From NCBI GenBank assembly GCA_949358305.1, contig OX442314.1, forward strand, positions 372,001 through 436,000: a stretch of DNA of 64,000 nucleotides, written 5' to 3'. This document shows positions 11,809 to 24,229 of the stretch, piece by piece (positions within the stretch are counted from its first letter, which is position 1; each line of letters opens with the position of its first letter). Made by a program: the position numbers and the translations under genes. The stretch is from Strigamia acuminata (lineage: Eukaryota). Under the pieces are notes generated by a model. That model searched no databases. It was not told where the DNA came from and was given only the letters and a program-made list of their open reading frames with translations.

Positions 11809-12870
11809 TCACATTGACATGCGGAAGGGGTCATCCTGGTCATAATCGGGATTCTTGATTTGGCATCCCGGTTGAGTGACCGAGGGAACATAATTCATTG
11901 GGGTGCAACTCTGCTGAAAGGGCTGGTACGCAGGCCTTTGACCACCACCGCGTGCGCGTCCGCGTCCGGTACGCCCTCCTTGACCACGCTGTTGGGTCCC
12001 AGACGGCCCTGCATTTGCATCCCGCATCTGCATCGGTTGACCACGACCTGTCTGTTGCACCTGTTGCCTCATGGGACAATCTCTTTTCAGGTGTCCCACT
12101 TCACCGCAATACCAACAGGCACCGTAAGGTAAACCACCTCGCGGGCGCACAGGGGTGGACTGACCAGTGCTCACAAAAGGCCTTTGTGGCAACACCACAC
12201 CCTTGGTATAAACATGGGCCATAGGGGGCTGAGAGCTGTAAGCCACCATGCTAGCGGGAACCATGGGTAAAACCATATCTCTTCCGCTATCTGGTTCGAA
12301 ACATGTAGTGGCTTGCATGTCCGCCACACCAGCTGCGGCGCCTTCGAATGCCATGGCCATCTCCATTGCCTCCTTTAAGGTTTTGGGCTTTTGCAGGAGA
12401 ATATACTGCGTTGCCGTGGCATTCCCCAGTCCCTCAATCAACTGGTCCATGACCGCAAAGTCCACCTGCTTGGAGTCTCCGTAATCTCCCTTTTCTGCAA
12501 GACCGCGGAGAACAGCAACATACGCGGCTACAGACTCCTTTGGCTGGCGTACTCGCTTGCGTAACCGGTTCCGGATAATAATTGGAGGCACCGCCGGACT
12601 AAAGTATGCCTTTATCTTTTCGACTATGTCCTCATAAGTCATATCCGAAATCTTTGTCGGAGCAGTCAACTTGTGTAGCAGGGCATGGGTATCTGCGCCC
12701 ATCGAGGCCACCAAGAACATCTTCAAATTTTCCTTATCCGAATAGAATTTGTGTAGCTTCGCCATGAACTCGAACCGTTCAACCCACAAACTCCAATCCG
12801 TCTCGGTTTTGCCTTGAAATGGGGGCACGTGCGCCACATAGGCTGTCCCAGCTCCGCTTGTTGACGCCAT
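11809..12870 (-). CDS. gag: Gypsy Gag
   Basis: PPFQG...DWSLWVERFE, RQPKESVAAYVAVLR, CWYCGEVGHLKRDC knuckle. First ATG at 12870; the frame is open further upstream. Confidence 0.9.
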   Translation of the reverse strand: MASTSGAGTAYVAHVPPFQGKTETDWSLWVERFEFMAKLHKFYSDKENLKMFLVASMGADTHALLHKLTAPTKISDMTYEDIVEKIKAYFSPAVPPIIIRNRLRKRVRQPKESVAAYVAVLRGLAEKGDYGDSKQVDFAVMDQLIEGLGNATATQYILLQKPKTLKEAMEMAMAFEGAAAGVADMQATTCFEPDSGRDMVLPMVPASMVAYSSQPPMAHVYTKGVVLPQRPFVSTGQSTPVRPRGGLPYGACWYCGEVGHLKRDCPMRQQVQQTGRGQPMQMRDANAGPSGTQQRGQGGRTGRGRARGGGQRPAYQPFQQSCTPMNYVPSVTQPGCQIKNPDYDQDDPFRMSM

Positions 12871-13519
12871 TCCGGATAGACTTGTCTGCGACTCCTGGTT
12901 TACGCCAGCTACCAATTCCGGGTCATCGTCACTATCCACCGCCGCGGGGTATCTTGTCAGTCCTGACTCCGTGATTGCGATGAAATCCGGTCCAACAATC
13001 CAGATAGGTGCAACAATTCAGTGAGTGCTCTCACTTCCCAGACCTGCCCTGACCCCCTTCCCGTAGGTACTTCTCCGTGGAGCTAAGCTGGGTTCAGCAC
13101 TGGCCAGCCTCTCCTGGGAGGTGGCTTGATGTGTGCAGCTATTATCCCCTTACCGTACCCTAGTGGGAAAAGGAAACCCTAGCACTACCTAAGCTGAGAG
13201 CTAATAATGACATAGTGTTGCGTTGGCATTGTCAGGAGCATTCTATGGGCTCTTTGTTTCCTGGTGTCATTGTTGCGGCCCTTTGTTGTTCAGATGATGG
13301 CTGGAGTCATTGTTGACCTCCTGGTGGCAGAATTGTAGGTTAGGCTTAATAACCCTAGATAGGCCTAACTGGGCCTAGTAACTCTAGCAAGTCCCAAGTA
13401 ATACTAGTTAGGCCTAAGCCAGGCCTAACTATCTGAAAATACAGAAAAGAAAGACAGAATCTATTCCAAAAAAAAAATTTTTAAAGATACAGTTTACCCT
13501 GTCTCTACTCCTGGGTCCT

Positions 13520-13537
13520 GTCCCTGTCAGGGTGCCA
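13520..13537 (-). promoter_or_regulatory. Primer-binding site, tRNA-Lys(UUU)-like
   Basis: TGGCACCCTGACAGGGAC resembles the tRNA-Lys3 PBS TGGCGCCCGAACAGGGAC; 1 nt from the 5' LTR. Confidence 0.7.
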
Positions 13538-13538
13538 C

Positions 13539-13775
13539 TTTACCATCTTTGCCCTGGAGATGGGAAATAAAACACAGGAAACCAGTTGGGCCAAAACTTC
13601 ATCCTCCACTCTTCTAAACAGAGTAGATTTATTTGTCAGTAACCTGACCAACTGTCACTAGAGGGAAAAAGATGAAAGCTACATGCTGCTTTGTACATTG
13701 TATTATTGACAATACAATGTACTAATTCAATGCACTAAAGCCTGCATAAATTCCTTGTGGTGTTAATACACCACA
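13539..13775 (-). repeat. 5' LTR of gypsy element
   Basis: Direct repeat of 7825-8061. Confidence 0.93.
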
Positions 13776-13790
13776 CCTTTGTAAGGGGGA

Positions 13791-13897
13791 TGTAACATAG
13801 TGCGCCTGGTCTGTGGCGCCATCTATGGACAGTTATTAAAGACAGCTAGAATCGAAACCAACACTCATTGTCGTCCTCATCATCTAGGCGCGTTACA
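13791..13897 (+). mobile_element. 107-bp 3' LTR of an older element into which the gypsy inserted
   Basis: TGTAAC...GTTACA termini immediately after the purine tract AAGGGGGA. Confidence 0.6.
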
Positions 13898-14166
13898 ATG
13901 TCCATGCTGTCAGTGACCTCTGGTGCCAGTTGGTTATACTCTTTTAAAATTTATTCCTCCCTTCTACTAGCAAGGCATAAAAATTTTAAATCCCACAAAA
14001 AATAATAACATTCCATCAATGCATACTTCTGTCTAATCACTATGCTACATTTTGGAATTGATTACTTATCAGATGATCAATGATGTCATGTAAAAGTTAT
14101 CACATGTCAATTTTATAAAATAGAGTTAAAATCATCACACTCAAAATTTAAACTTAAACACACTTA

Positions 14167-14327
14167 GGTACATTCAAAAACTCTAAAACGTATGCAAAAC
14201 TCGTTTCGTGTTTGTACGTGACGTCAGTCCCATTGAATAACATTCCCATGTTATGCAATGGGAATGACGTCACGTACAAACACGAAACGAGTTTTAGAAC
14301 ACAAATATTTTAATTTTTGAATGCAGC
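14167..14327. mobile_element. Palindromic MITE, TA-flanked
   Basis: Near-perfect hairpin 14196-14295 with ~48-bp arms; outer termini GGTACATTCAAAAA/TTTTTGAATGCAGC. Confidence 0.7.
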
Positions 14328-14944
14328 TAGCGTAACTTCTTTATCTAAAGATGTGCTGTTCTGAAATTTCGTGTGGTGATTAAAAAGGGGCCAAAGACCT
14401 GCATAGTTCCTGCGCAATGTCAATTTGAAGTTTGGAATCTAAGCGCAGACCTAATTCCTAACTTATAAACTCATTATTCAGGCCTTTGCGCACACATTTG
14501 GCACTTCTACTATACATATGAGCCTAAGATTATTGAAATACCCAAATAGTAGAATTATGCACATACAAATGTGCAGTAGTGTTTAAATACTACAAACAGT
14601 TGGTTCTCATGCTTGTATGAAGTTTCCAGGAACTTCTCGAGTTTTTAGACGACTCAATCTAGGCTAAACATGCCATACAATCCAAAATCTAATTCGGATA
14701 TATCGATGCCCGCTGCAACTGTAAATGTTATCGTGATTGTGAACACAATTTCCACCTCTTAGATGGTGTGCGGTTAATATGATCGCAGCAAGAATTAGAC
14801 AGCAATTTCAGAGAAATTTTTAAATAGGAGTTAATGCAAAACCTAATAAAAGTCGGTTGTAATGTTGTATTGATTATTGGTCTTTTTTTCGAGGATCTTT
14901 TCCATCTCATTCACACAGCGAAGAACTGCCATTTTGTTTTTTAA

Positions 14945-15622
14945 AGGCTTTTATTTAACTTACCTTGAATGTTTGTCTGTGTGTTTCAACTTCCGGTTTG
15001 TCTAAATTTGGGTGTTTTTTTCAAAAATCAATTCACTGTAACAAAAAATTAAAATTTGGGCTTCGTAGCGCCCTAGAACAGGTCATTCTACACATTATGA
15101 AAAAAAGAAAGAAAAAAAAGACTCATTTTTCAGCGCTGTGGACTGGAAGTACGAATGCTGAAAACTCTGATTTACGGCAAACTTTAAGCATACCGGAGCG
15201 CCACCTGGCGGAACCCGTGTTCTGTAATGTTCGCCCGATATGAATTTTGATGTTTTCGGCACTAAAAAAGGATTTAAAAATCCTGAAACCACGCTCATTT
15301 GATTGGAAATTGCATTCTGCACAAGCCTGTATGTTTCTTTTTTCGATTCGGTAAAAACAAAATACGTTTTTTTACGATCGTAACCGGCAACCGCATGGTA
15401 AATTTAGTAAGAAATTTGAATTTAGCCATAAAAACAAAAAATATGAAAAATGAACGGTTTAAAAAATTAGAAATATGTTTCCTGTGCAGAATTCGCCGCT
15501 CTTTCAAATGGTGCTGATAACTTTTTGATCTGAACTACATTTTTTTTTTACAAAAAAATAATTGTCATTTGACAAATTTTTAGTATAGATTCAAATTTCT
15601 CAGGGATACAGCATAAAAGCCT
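14945..15622. mobile_element. Segment present only upstream of copy 1; probable non-autonomous DNA transposon
   Basis: Absent at the paralogous site (~33760); 10-bp terminal inverted repeat AGGCTTTTAT/ATAAAAGCCT; no clean TSD. Confidence 0.5.
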
Positions 15623-16021
15623 TTTTCAAAAACGTAGTTTTTTTGGTTTACTTGTTTACAATTAGTATAATAAAAAGCAAGTTTTCAAATATAGACAATG
15701 CAGCCCAGTAATAGCTTATAAGAATCAGGCTGATAAATATTTATCACACAATTATTATTCACCGTTAAAGGTTTTTGCTTCAATTGACGGCCCGGTGAAA
15801 GGTACACTTCAATTAAACCTGCAGCAGGAATGAAAAACAAAAACTAATAACAATTGTTTTCAACATTAAAAGTCTTCTAATTACATTCAGTAAAGAGTTC
15901 AGGTGTTAAGAATTGCTTTGAAGTGTTTTTCATTTGATAGTATTTAGGCAATAATAGCTAAATTCTATTATGTGAGGCAATTAGCCACAGATGTTCAGTT
16001 GATTGTTTTTTCTTTGATCAC

Positions 16022-16028
16022 TATATAA
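16022..16028 (+). promoter_or_regulatory. TATA box of repeat-protein gene copy 1
   Basis: TATATAA 53 nt upstream of the ATG, conserved in copy 2 (34127-34133). Confidence 0.65.
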
Positions 16029-16074
16029 GCTCAGAATCTCACATTAAAACTTCACTCTTCAATCCATTAGACGA

Positions 16075-19000
16075 ATGAAGATGTTTCTCCGAAGAGAGAG
16101 ACATACTTGGCTGTTCGTGGTCTTGCAGCTTTCAGGTAAATTTTTTCAGTTTGGAACAAAGAAAACTTTTTGTTTGACGTTGTAGTAGAAAAATACTTTG
16201 AAATAATAATAAATCATGATTCATACATTTATTTCAGTTATTGGATTGATATCATCGTACAACTTGATTCCAAAACACTTCAATGATGTAAATAAGGCTT
16301 TGCACCATGTAGTAGGCCATGTACAACATCGAATTCCTTCAGCAACCACAACTCATAGTCGAACATATTCCACTTCATCGTCTTCTGGTGGAACGTCTTT
16401 TGGTGGAACGTCTTGGAGTGGATCATCTTCTGGTGGATCTTCTTCTGGTGGATCATCTTCCAGTGGAACTTCTAGTAGATCATCTTCCAGTCAAAGTGTT
16501 GAATATTTCACTGTTGATCTGCAGTTTGTTCAACTGATTCAAGAAGTTAGAGCCTCAACTAAAGCGGTTAAGGTCCATGCTCAAAGACATCAAGATGGCC
16601 TCTACAAACTGACAGTAACCACTGACAAAGGAACAAAAACATATGACAAATTATCAAAAGCCACGTTTGACTTGTTTGCCAAATTACTTAAAAATCCAAG
16701 ATTGCAAATCAAAGAAGTAGGAAAAGTTGGGTCAAAAGTTAAAATTGCTGTTTCTCCTGAACCACCAAAACCAACAAATATTTTTAAAATAAAACCCCAA
16801 CTTTTGGATGCAGTCAATAGAATAAGAAAAGGAGGTTATTCAATTCAAATATCAACAAAAGGCAATAAGTACACAATAACTGTGACTAATAAGTCAAGCG
16901 GAAAAAAGGAAACCTATGCTGATCTACCGGCAAATACTGGCGAAGCTTTTATTCGATTGCTCAAAGATCCTTCTTTACAGTACCAAGTTATAGGCAAATC
17001 AGGAGACGAAGATGTATTGTTTATTCCCAACTACAGTGGAAAGCAAACAAAAATAACAGTTAAATCGCTGTTTTTGACATTGCTAAAACAGGTGCGAAAT
17101 CATCCGAGCAATCATATAAGAATTCAACCCGGAACCGATGGTAAATATGAGTTGACCGTTGAAAATGGAAAAAAACAGTCCAAAACGTACAAGCACATAG
17201 ACCCAAACCTACTTTTCTCTTTTGTCGAACTTATTAAGAATCCTAATTTGCAATATAAAGTCTCGCCAGCTGCTAATGGAGAATTTACTGTGACTGTTGT
17301 GGATCAACCTGACGACCTCAACACGGGGACAATTGGAAAAGGAATTGAGTACTACATCGTTAAACCACAATTCGTTCAACTGATCAGGCAAGTCCGGAAA
17401 TCAACTAAAGCGGTTAAAATCAAATATCAACCGGAAGACGATGGCTTGTTGACGGTAACCTTAACGACTGACAAAGGAACAAAAACCTACAAGAAAATAC
17501 CTAGAGACATTTTATCCTTGTTTGTAAAATTACTCAAGAATCCAACTTTGCAAATCACGGAAGTGGGAAAAGAGGGTTCCAACGTAAAAATTGCTGTATC
17601 TCCTGAACCGCCAAAACCATCAAATATTATTACGGTGAAGCCCGAATTCTTAGAGGTCGTAAAAAAAATAAGGAAAGGAGGCTATTCAATTCAAATAGCA
17701 ACATCAGGTGATACGTACACAATAACTGTAACTGACGACTCAAATGGAAAAAAGAAAACCTATTCAGATGTGCCAGCTAAAATTGGTGATGCTTTTATTC
17801 GATTGGTTAAGAATCCCTCATTGCCGTATGAAATTTTAGGCAAATCAGGAGATAAATCTTATTTGTTTATTCCTGACAATAGTGCAGCGCAAACAACATT
17901 TACAGTGAAACCACTGTTTTTGACATTGCTGAAACAAGTACGAGAACATCCAGAAAATAGAATTCAAATTCAACCAGGAACCGATGGCAAATATGAGTTA
18001 ACTATCCATGAAGGGAAGAAAGGATCTAAAACATACAAGCACATTGATCCAAATTTGCTATTTGTTTTTATTAAACTTATTAAGAATCCTGATTTGCAAT
18101 TTAAGCTTTCACCAGCAGCTACTGGACAATTTACGATTACGCTTGAAGAGCAACCTGAGGACCTCAACATTGGGACCCTTGATTCTGATAAATTTTTAGA
18201 ATTAATAACCAAGGCTAAGAGTGATCCATCATACAACTTGAGAATTGGCACTGGGAAAAATGGTTTGGAGCTTGTCATCACTCACAATGGCAAAACAAAA
18301 AAATATCCATTACCGGCTAAATTCTTAAACATTATTGTTCAATTGCTTCAATCGCTTAGGACTCCAAAAACAGTCAAGCATAATGGCCAAACAACTTTTA
18401 TTCTGTCGGACGAAGAAACACAAACACCAATCCAAGTAGACGTCGAGTTCACTGATTTGATTGAAGAAATCAAGAAGAATCCGACATCAAACTTCAAGTT
18501 CAAGGTTGAACCTTCCAAAAATGGAAAATTCAATGTTATTGTCTTCATCGATGGAAAACCAAAAGAATTGAAAGACCAATCTCCTGAAGCTGTAAAGTTT
18601 CTGATGAAAGTAACAAAAAATCCAAAACTACCAATTCATGTCACCAAAGAAAAACCTAAACCACAACAAGATCAAACTACTTTTATTGTGGCGGACGAAG
18701 AAACAAACTCATTGATTGAAGTCGACGTTGAGTTCACTGATTTGATTGAAGAGATAAAGAAGAATCCAAAGTCAAACATCAAGTACAAGGTGGAACCTTC
18801 TAAAAACGGAAAATCCAATATTATTGTCTACATTAATGGAAAACCAAATAAGTTGAAAGACCAATCCCCTGAAGCTATCAAGTTTCTGATCAAAGTAACA
18901 AAAAATCCAAATTTGCCGATTCACATTGTCAAAGAAGAACCTAAACCTAGAGAACCAACTTTTGTTGTGACGGACGATGAAACAAACACACCGATAACAG

Positions 19001-22000
19001 TAGACCTTGAGTTCACTGATTTGATCAAAGAGATAAAAAAGAATCCAACATCCAACATCAAATACAAGGTGGAACCATCCAAAAACGGAAAATCTACTAT
19101 TGTTGTCTACATTAATGGAAAACCGAAGATTTTGAAAGACCAAACCCCTGAAGCTATCAAGTTTCTGATAAAAGTAACAAAAAATCCAAAGTTGCCGATT
19201 CACATTGTCAAAGAAGAACCTAAACATGACGAACCAACTTTTGTTGTGACGGACGAAGAGACAAACACTCCGATAACAGTAGACCTTGAGTTCACTGATT
19301 TGATCGAAGAGATAAAGAAGAATCCAAAGTCAAACATCAAGTACAAGGTGGAACCTTCTAAAAATGGAAAATCTAACATTATTGTCTTTATTAATGGAAA
19401 ACCAAAGAAGTTGAAAGACCAATCTCCTGAAGCTATCAAGTTTCTGATCAAAGTTACCAAAAATCCAAAATTGCCGATTCACATTGTTAAAGAAAAACCT
19501 GGACATAAAGAACCACACCATGAAAAACCTGGACATAAAGAACCTCACCATGAAAAACCTGGACATAAAGAACCTCACCATGAAAAACCTGGACATAAAG
19601 AACCTCACCATGAAAAACCTGGACATAAAGAACCACACCATGAAAAACCTGGACATAAAGAACCACATCATGAAAAACCTGGACATAAAGAACCACACAG
19701 AAAAGAACATAAGCCCAAGGATGTTATTCATGTTATTTCACCTGGAAAGACTTCAACCGATCCCATTATTTCAATACCAAAGAATCAATTGGCACTTATC
19801 CAGACAATTAAATCAGCTCCTCAATTATCCATTTCCATTGCTCCAGACGGTCCAAATTTCAAAATTACTGTCAGTGATGGTCAAGATACCAAAACCTATC
19901 CAGATATTACTCCTGAATTACTGAATAAGTTAATTACTATTAGGAATCAAAAGGATTTACCATTTGAAATTACCCCTTCAGATGATCCAAAGAAGGTAAA
20001 CATTAATGTTCCAAATAAGAAAAAACCAGATGTCGAAAATATTGATATTGATATCGATTATCTGAAACCTTTGGAAATTGTAAGACATCAACCAGATACT
20101 GAGATTGAAATTAAGCCAGACAATGAAGGTACTTTTACAGTAACAATCAAACCAAAAGATGGAAGCAAACCTCACACCTTGAAGCATGTGCATCCAAATG
20201 TTTTGAATTTGATCAGCAAGCTGAAAACAACTCCACACGTACAATTCAGAGTAAAGTCAGACAAGCGTGGAAAGATTCAATTGGTCGTACCAAAACACCA
20301 ATCGCAACCTGTTCATACAAAACTAACTCCAGAGATCATCGATTTAATAAAGAACATCAAACAAAAACCACAACCGAAAGTTTCATTCAAACCAGAAAAA
20401 CCGGGAACTTTTACCGTTGTTGTGCAAAATGGTAAAAAACCAGAGAAAGAGTACAAGCATATTAGTCCCGAATTGATTCCAGTTATCACCAAATTATACA
20501 GTGAACCTACTGTAGAATATGAAATCAAACCGGGCAAAGATGACACAATCGAATTTGTTCCAACTGAACCAAGTAGCAACAGCCATCGCTATGAAGTGAA
20601 GCCTAATGTTCTAGATATCATTAGAGATATTAAACAAAATCCAGATACAGAAATCAACGTCAAGCCAGGACCAGACCACACCTTCGATATTAAAACCAAA
20701 GAACCACACAAGAAGCCAAAGACTTATCCTCATGTCAACCAAGAGACATTAGACTTGATCATAGATTTGAAGAGTCATCCAGATGTTTCTTTCACTGTTA
20801 AACCAACACCGAAAGGTAACTTTTACATCACGGTACCAAAATCAAATGTCAAAGAAGATAATGTGCAAATAACACCGGATGTTCTGGAATTGATAAAACT
20901 TCTCCATTCTCCAAAGGATGTTAAGCTTAATATCAAACCACAAAAAGATGGAGCATTCACTGTCATTGTCAAAGATGGTAAAAAAGAGCATGTCTATCCG
21001 AATATTCCAAAAAGAGTATTGCCAGTTGTTATAAAATTGTATAAAAATCCTCACAGAAACATACAATTGAAGCCAACAAGTGACAATCAAATCTATGGTA
21101 ATGTGCCCGAAGACCTGCCTAAAACTACGACAGCTGTGGTTAACAAAGAAGATGTGGATTTGATCCATCACATTAAACGACATCCGCACACAGATGTCAC
21201 TATTAAGCGTGACAGAAAAAATCGACCCACGGTTGTAGTTGGTCACGGTCCAGACAGAGAGACATATCCTCGTGTTGCTCCTAATATTGTTAACCTTGCC
21301 ACTAAGTTACTCACTGAACCAAAACTTCCATTCCATATTTATACTGGTAGAGATGGAAGACATGTCCTGACTATTCCAGTTCGACCAAAAGAGTTAATAG
21401 TTCCAAATGTATCCAAAGATTTGCTTAAATTTGTTGACAAACATCGCTCTCATCCAAATCTTGAAGTGGTCGTGACCAGTTCTGAGATTCCAGACCACTA
21501 TGACGTAATATTCCAAGAGCAAAACAAACCAATTAAACATTTTAAACATCTAGAACCCAAGATTGTTCAATTAGTCGTGGAATTGTTTAATGCACCAACC
21601 ACGGAGTACCGCGTCCAGCCACAACCTGATGGAAAGTTAACAGTCAGACCATCCAGAGATGACGTACCAACATTTGATGTGCCAATTACTCCAAAAGATC
21701 TATTGTTGATTCGGGACTTCAGAAACCCAAAACTCAACTCTGTCATTGTTTCACCAGGTAGCAAACCAAACACCTACAAGGTTGTCTTTGATGACCTTTA
21801 TGACCGCTCAAATCCACTCTCTGAGGACAATGTCGAACCCTTATTCCTTAACTTTCTCGTCCGCTTGTACACTGAACCAAGTCTTCCACTAAAGTCGGCC
21901 GTTGACGAAGATGGACATTTAATTGTAACTGCACCGAAAAGAGTTTCTCACAACATTTTACACGATGTAAGCCCAGAAGTACTAAACTTTCTGACCAAGC

Positions 22001-23190
22001 ACAAACCAACTCCCAAGGATACATTTTCCATTGTGTTGGATAAGAAAAAGCCGCATTCGACAGAGCCTGATTCTTACACTTTTGATCTTAATGGCAAAAA
22101 GTTTCCTCATCAGTCGCCTACCACCGTTCAATTAGCAAGTATTCTGCTTTCTCAGCCTAAGTTACATACAAGAATTTTGAATGAAAGGGATGGCAAAGCT
22201 ACCGTAGAAATTACTGCACACAGACCAAATCTGGTTTTCAGAAATGTTCATCCAGCCTTCTTGAAGACTTCACAGATAGCACGGCATAGTCCTAATGTGG
22301 AACTTTCGATCACCCGAAACCCAGATAATGAAATCAACCTTGTAATTTCAAATGGACCGAATAAGCTGATAATTGAAAATCTTTCACCTATTATTACTCA
22401 GCTGTTTGTGGCTATGTTCAGTAGACCGGAATTCCCGTATAACTTTTATATAGATGAGGACAATTCTGTGACTATGGTTATCAGGAAAGATAGCTTGCAT
22501 CCAGTTTTCTCTCACATTAAACCTGAATTTTTTGATTTTGTCAAAAAAGTGCGAATTTCCAAGCTTTTTAACATTGTGATAAAGCATGATGAAGGTGCTT
22601 ACGAAGTGGAAGTAACAACTCACAATGACAAGCCAAGAACTTTCCAACTGACACCTGAAGAACTTCAATTGCTCGTTCTCTTTGCTACTTATCGAGATTT
22701 GACTTTCAAAGAAAACAAGGAAAAAGATGGAACAACCCTGGAAATTCCTGTTGTCATTCAAGCCAGCTCTACTGTACTGGATTTTGCTAAACTTTGTGCT
22801 GCTACAAAAGTCCATTCGTTCCCAGAATACAAAGAAACGGATGTCAAAGAACCAACTGAAGAACCGAGTGATGAACCCGAGTATCGACTGAGACCTGAGC
22901 TAGTTTTTGAACCAAAAATTGTTTTGAGACCAGAGTACCGAAGGAGACCTAATTACAGACGTCAATTTGACAGCATTACGAGAGATTATAATAATGCCAA
23001 AAGAAATTATGCCAAACATCCTGGAAGACTGGAAGTTGGACATTTTGAACGGCCACGACATCACACCCGCAGACACCATCGTCCCCAAGGACACGAACTG
23101 TATTACAAATTCAAGAAGGAAGGTGCCTACGACACTTGCAAATGTAACGAAGCTCATAGAAGTACCTCTGAAAGATTCAGAGAATTTTAA
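16075..23190 (+). CDS. Giant secreted repeat protein, copy 1 (~2337 aa; exon 1 16075-16135, exon 2 16238-23190)
   Basis: Exon 1 MKMFLRRERHTWLFVVLQLS joins in phase via a GT-AG intron to VIGLISSYN..., forming a signal peptide; 7-kb open exon; AATAAA ~40 nt after the stop. Confidence 0.9.
19492..19701 (+). repeat. Coding 30-bp VNTR (EKPGHKEPHH) x7
   Basis: Counted directly. Confidence 0.95.
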
Positions 23191-23829
23191 TTGCAATGTT
23201 TTAAAGAATCTGTACATCCCTCAGACTGAAATAAAGTAGTTTATAGAAGCATAGCAATTGATCATCTTTCTTGTCTTTAAATAATTTCATTTTTGTAGTT
23301 TTTACAGGTCCTACGTGGGTTTTATTGAATGACTTATTCTTACAATAAAGATCCTGAGGAGTTCAATTCGATAAAATAAAATAAAAAAAGGATTGGGAGA
23401 GGAACGGAAAAAGAAAAGAGGACTCGATTACGTTAGAGCATTCAATACTTAGAACTGTGGCCCTAATTCCAGCCGTATCACTGGTGTAATGGCACAAGAA
23501 AGTTGCCCATAACACCAGAATTGTAATCTAACTAAGCCAAAACAACCAATAAATAACTAAACCTTTGATTACCTGCCAAAAGAAACCAACAAACCGTTTG
23601 ATTGATTAAAAGGGAAAAAGCTTATTTTAGCAAATAAAATAAATATTTTATTACCATATAAATAAAATCCATTATTCTAATCACCTTTTACACTGAAATT
23701 CATTGAAAAAAAAACAGAACTACTTTTCCGCAAAGTAGAGCACAGTTCACAGTTAGGACAACATTATATCAGTTCACAAAGTATACCAAGACATGTTTGT
23801 TGCAAAGAGGAACTTATTTTCTAGCATCT

Positions 23830-24132
23830 CTTATAATTGGCTACGATATACGATATGCAAACAGCCCGTCTGAAAGGCACCCAGCATTGTGCTCGCAGTA
23901 ACATCTTTAACCGGGATCAAATCAACCATTCCTGAAATGAACTCCAGGACTATGAAGATGTAACAGAACCCTCCGCCGAAGACACAAAACGACCCACATG
24001 ATCCGCGTACAGTTTCTTCCCGAACTTTGCTGCCTTGATCGGATGTAGCAAGCCTGTAGGATTTAAGTTGGTAAATTTAAACCGTTGACAGACTTTGTAG
24101 GATTTACGCCAGGCCGTGACCTCCAAATTCAA
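23830..24132 (-). pseudogene. Decayed retroelement integrase fragment (partly duplicated at ~41987-42124)
   Basis: KSYKVCQRFK...PTGLLHPI...LYADHVGRF...YIFIV...IPVKDV resembles the zinc finger/core start of gypsy integrase; frameshifted. Confidence 0.55.
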
Positions 24133-24229
24133 TTAGTTTGCGGTATCTTCACACTGTACAAATTGACAGATTTAAAAAAGAATCTCTCAAAGGATAAAAT
24201 TAAAATTCTTTTTTTTTAAATATAACATT

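Larger units (their letters stand above)
7825..13775 (-). mobile_element. Full-length Ty3/gypsy LTR retrotransposon
   Basis: 237-bp LTRs (7825-8061, 13539-13775), 5-bp TSD CCTTT (7820-7824, 13776-13780), PBS, PPT, gag-PR-RT-RH-IN order. Confidence 0.95.
14563..23961 (+). repeat. Segmental duplication unit 1 (paralogous to ~33375-42124)
   Basis: Upstream, coding and ~770-bp downstream sequence align with copy 2; boundaries approximate. Confidence 0.9.

Noticed and set aside
16216..16237. ORF-track start MIHTFIS (also 34302)
   Set aside because: Lies inside intron 1; the upstream exon gives a better signal peptide with splice sites conserved in both copies.
16075..23190. Bacterial origin (contamination or adhesin HGT) of the 7-kb ORF
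   Set aside because: It has a spliceosomal intron, TATA box and polyA signal and is interleaved with metazoan genes; I recognise no bacterial domain, though ancient HGT needs a search to exclude.
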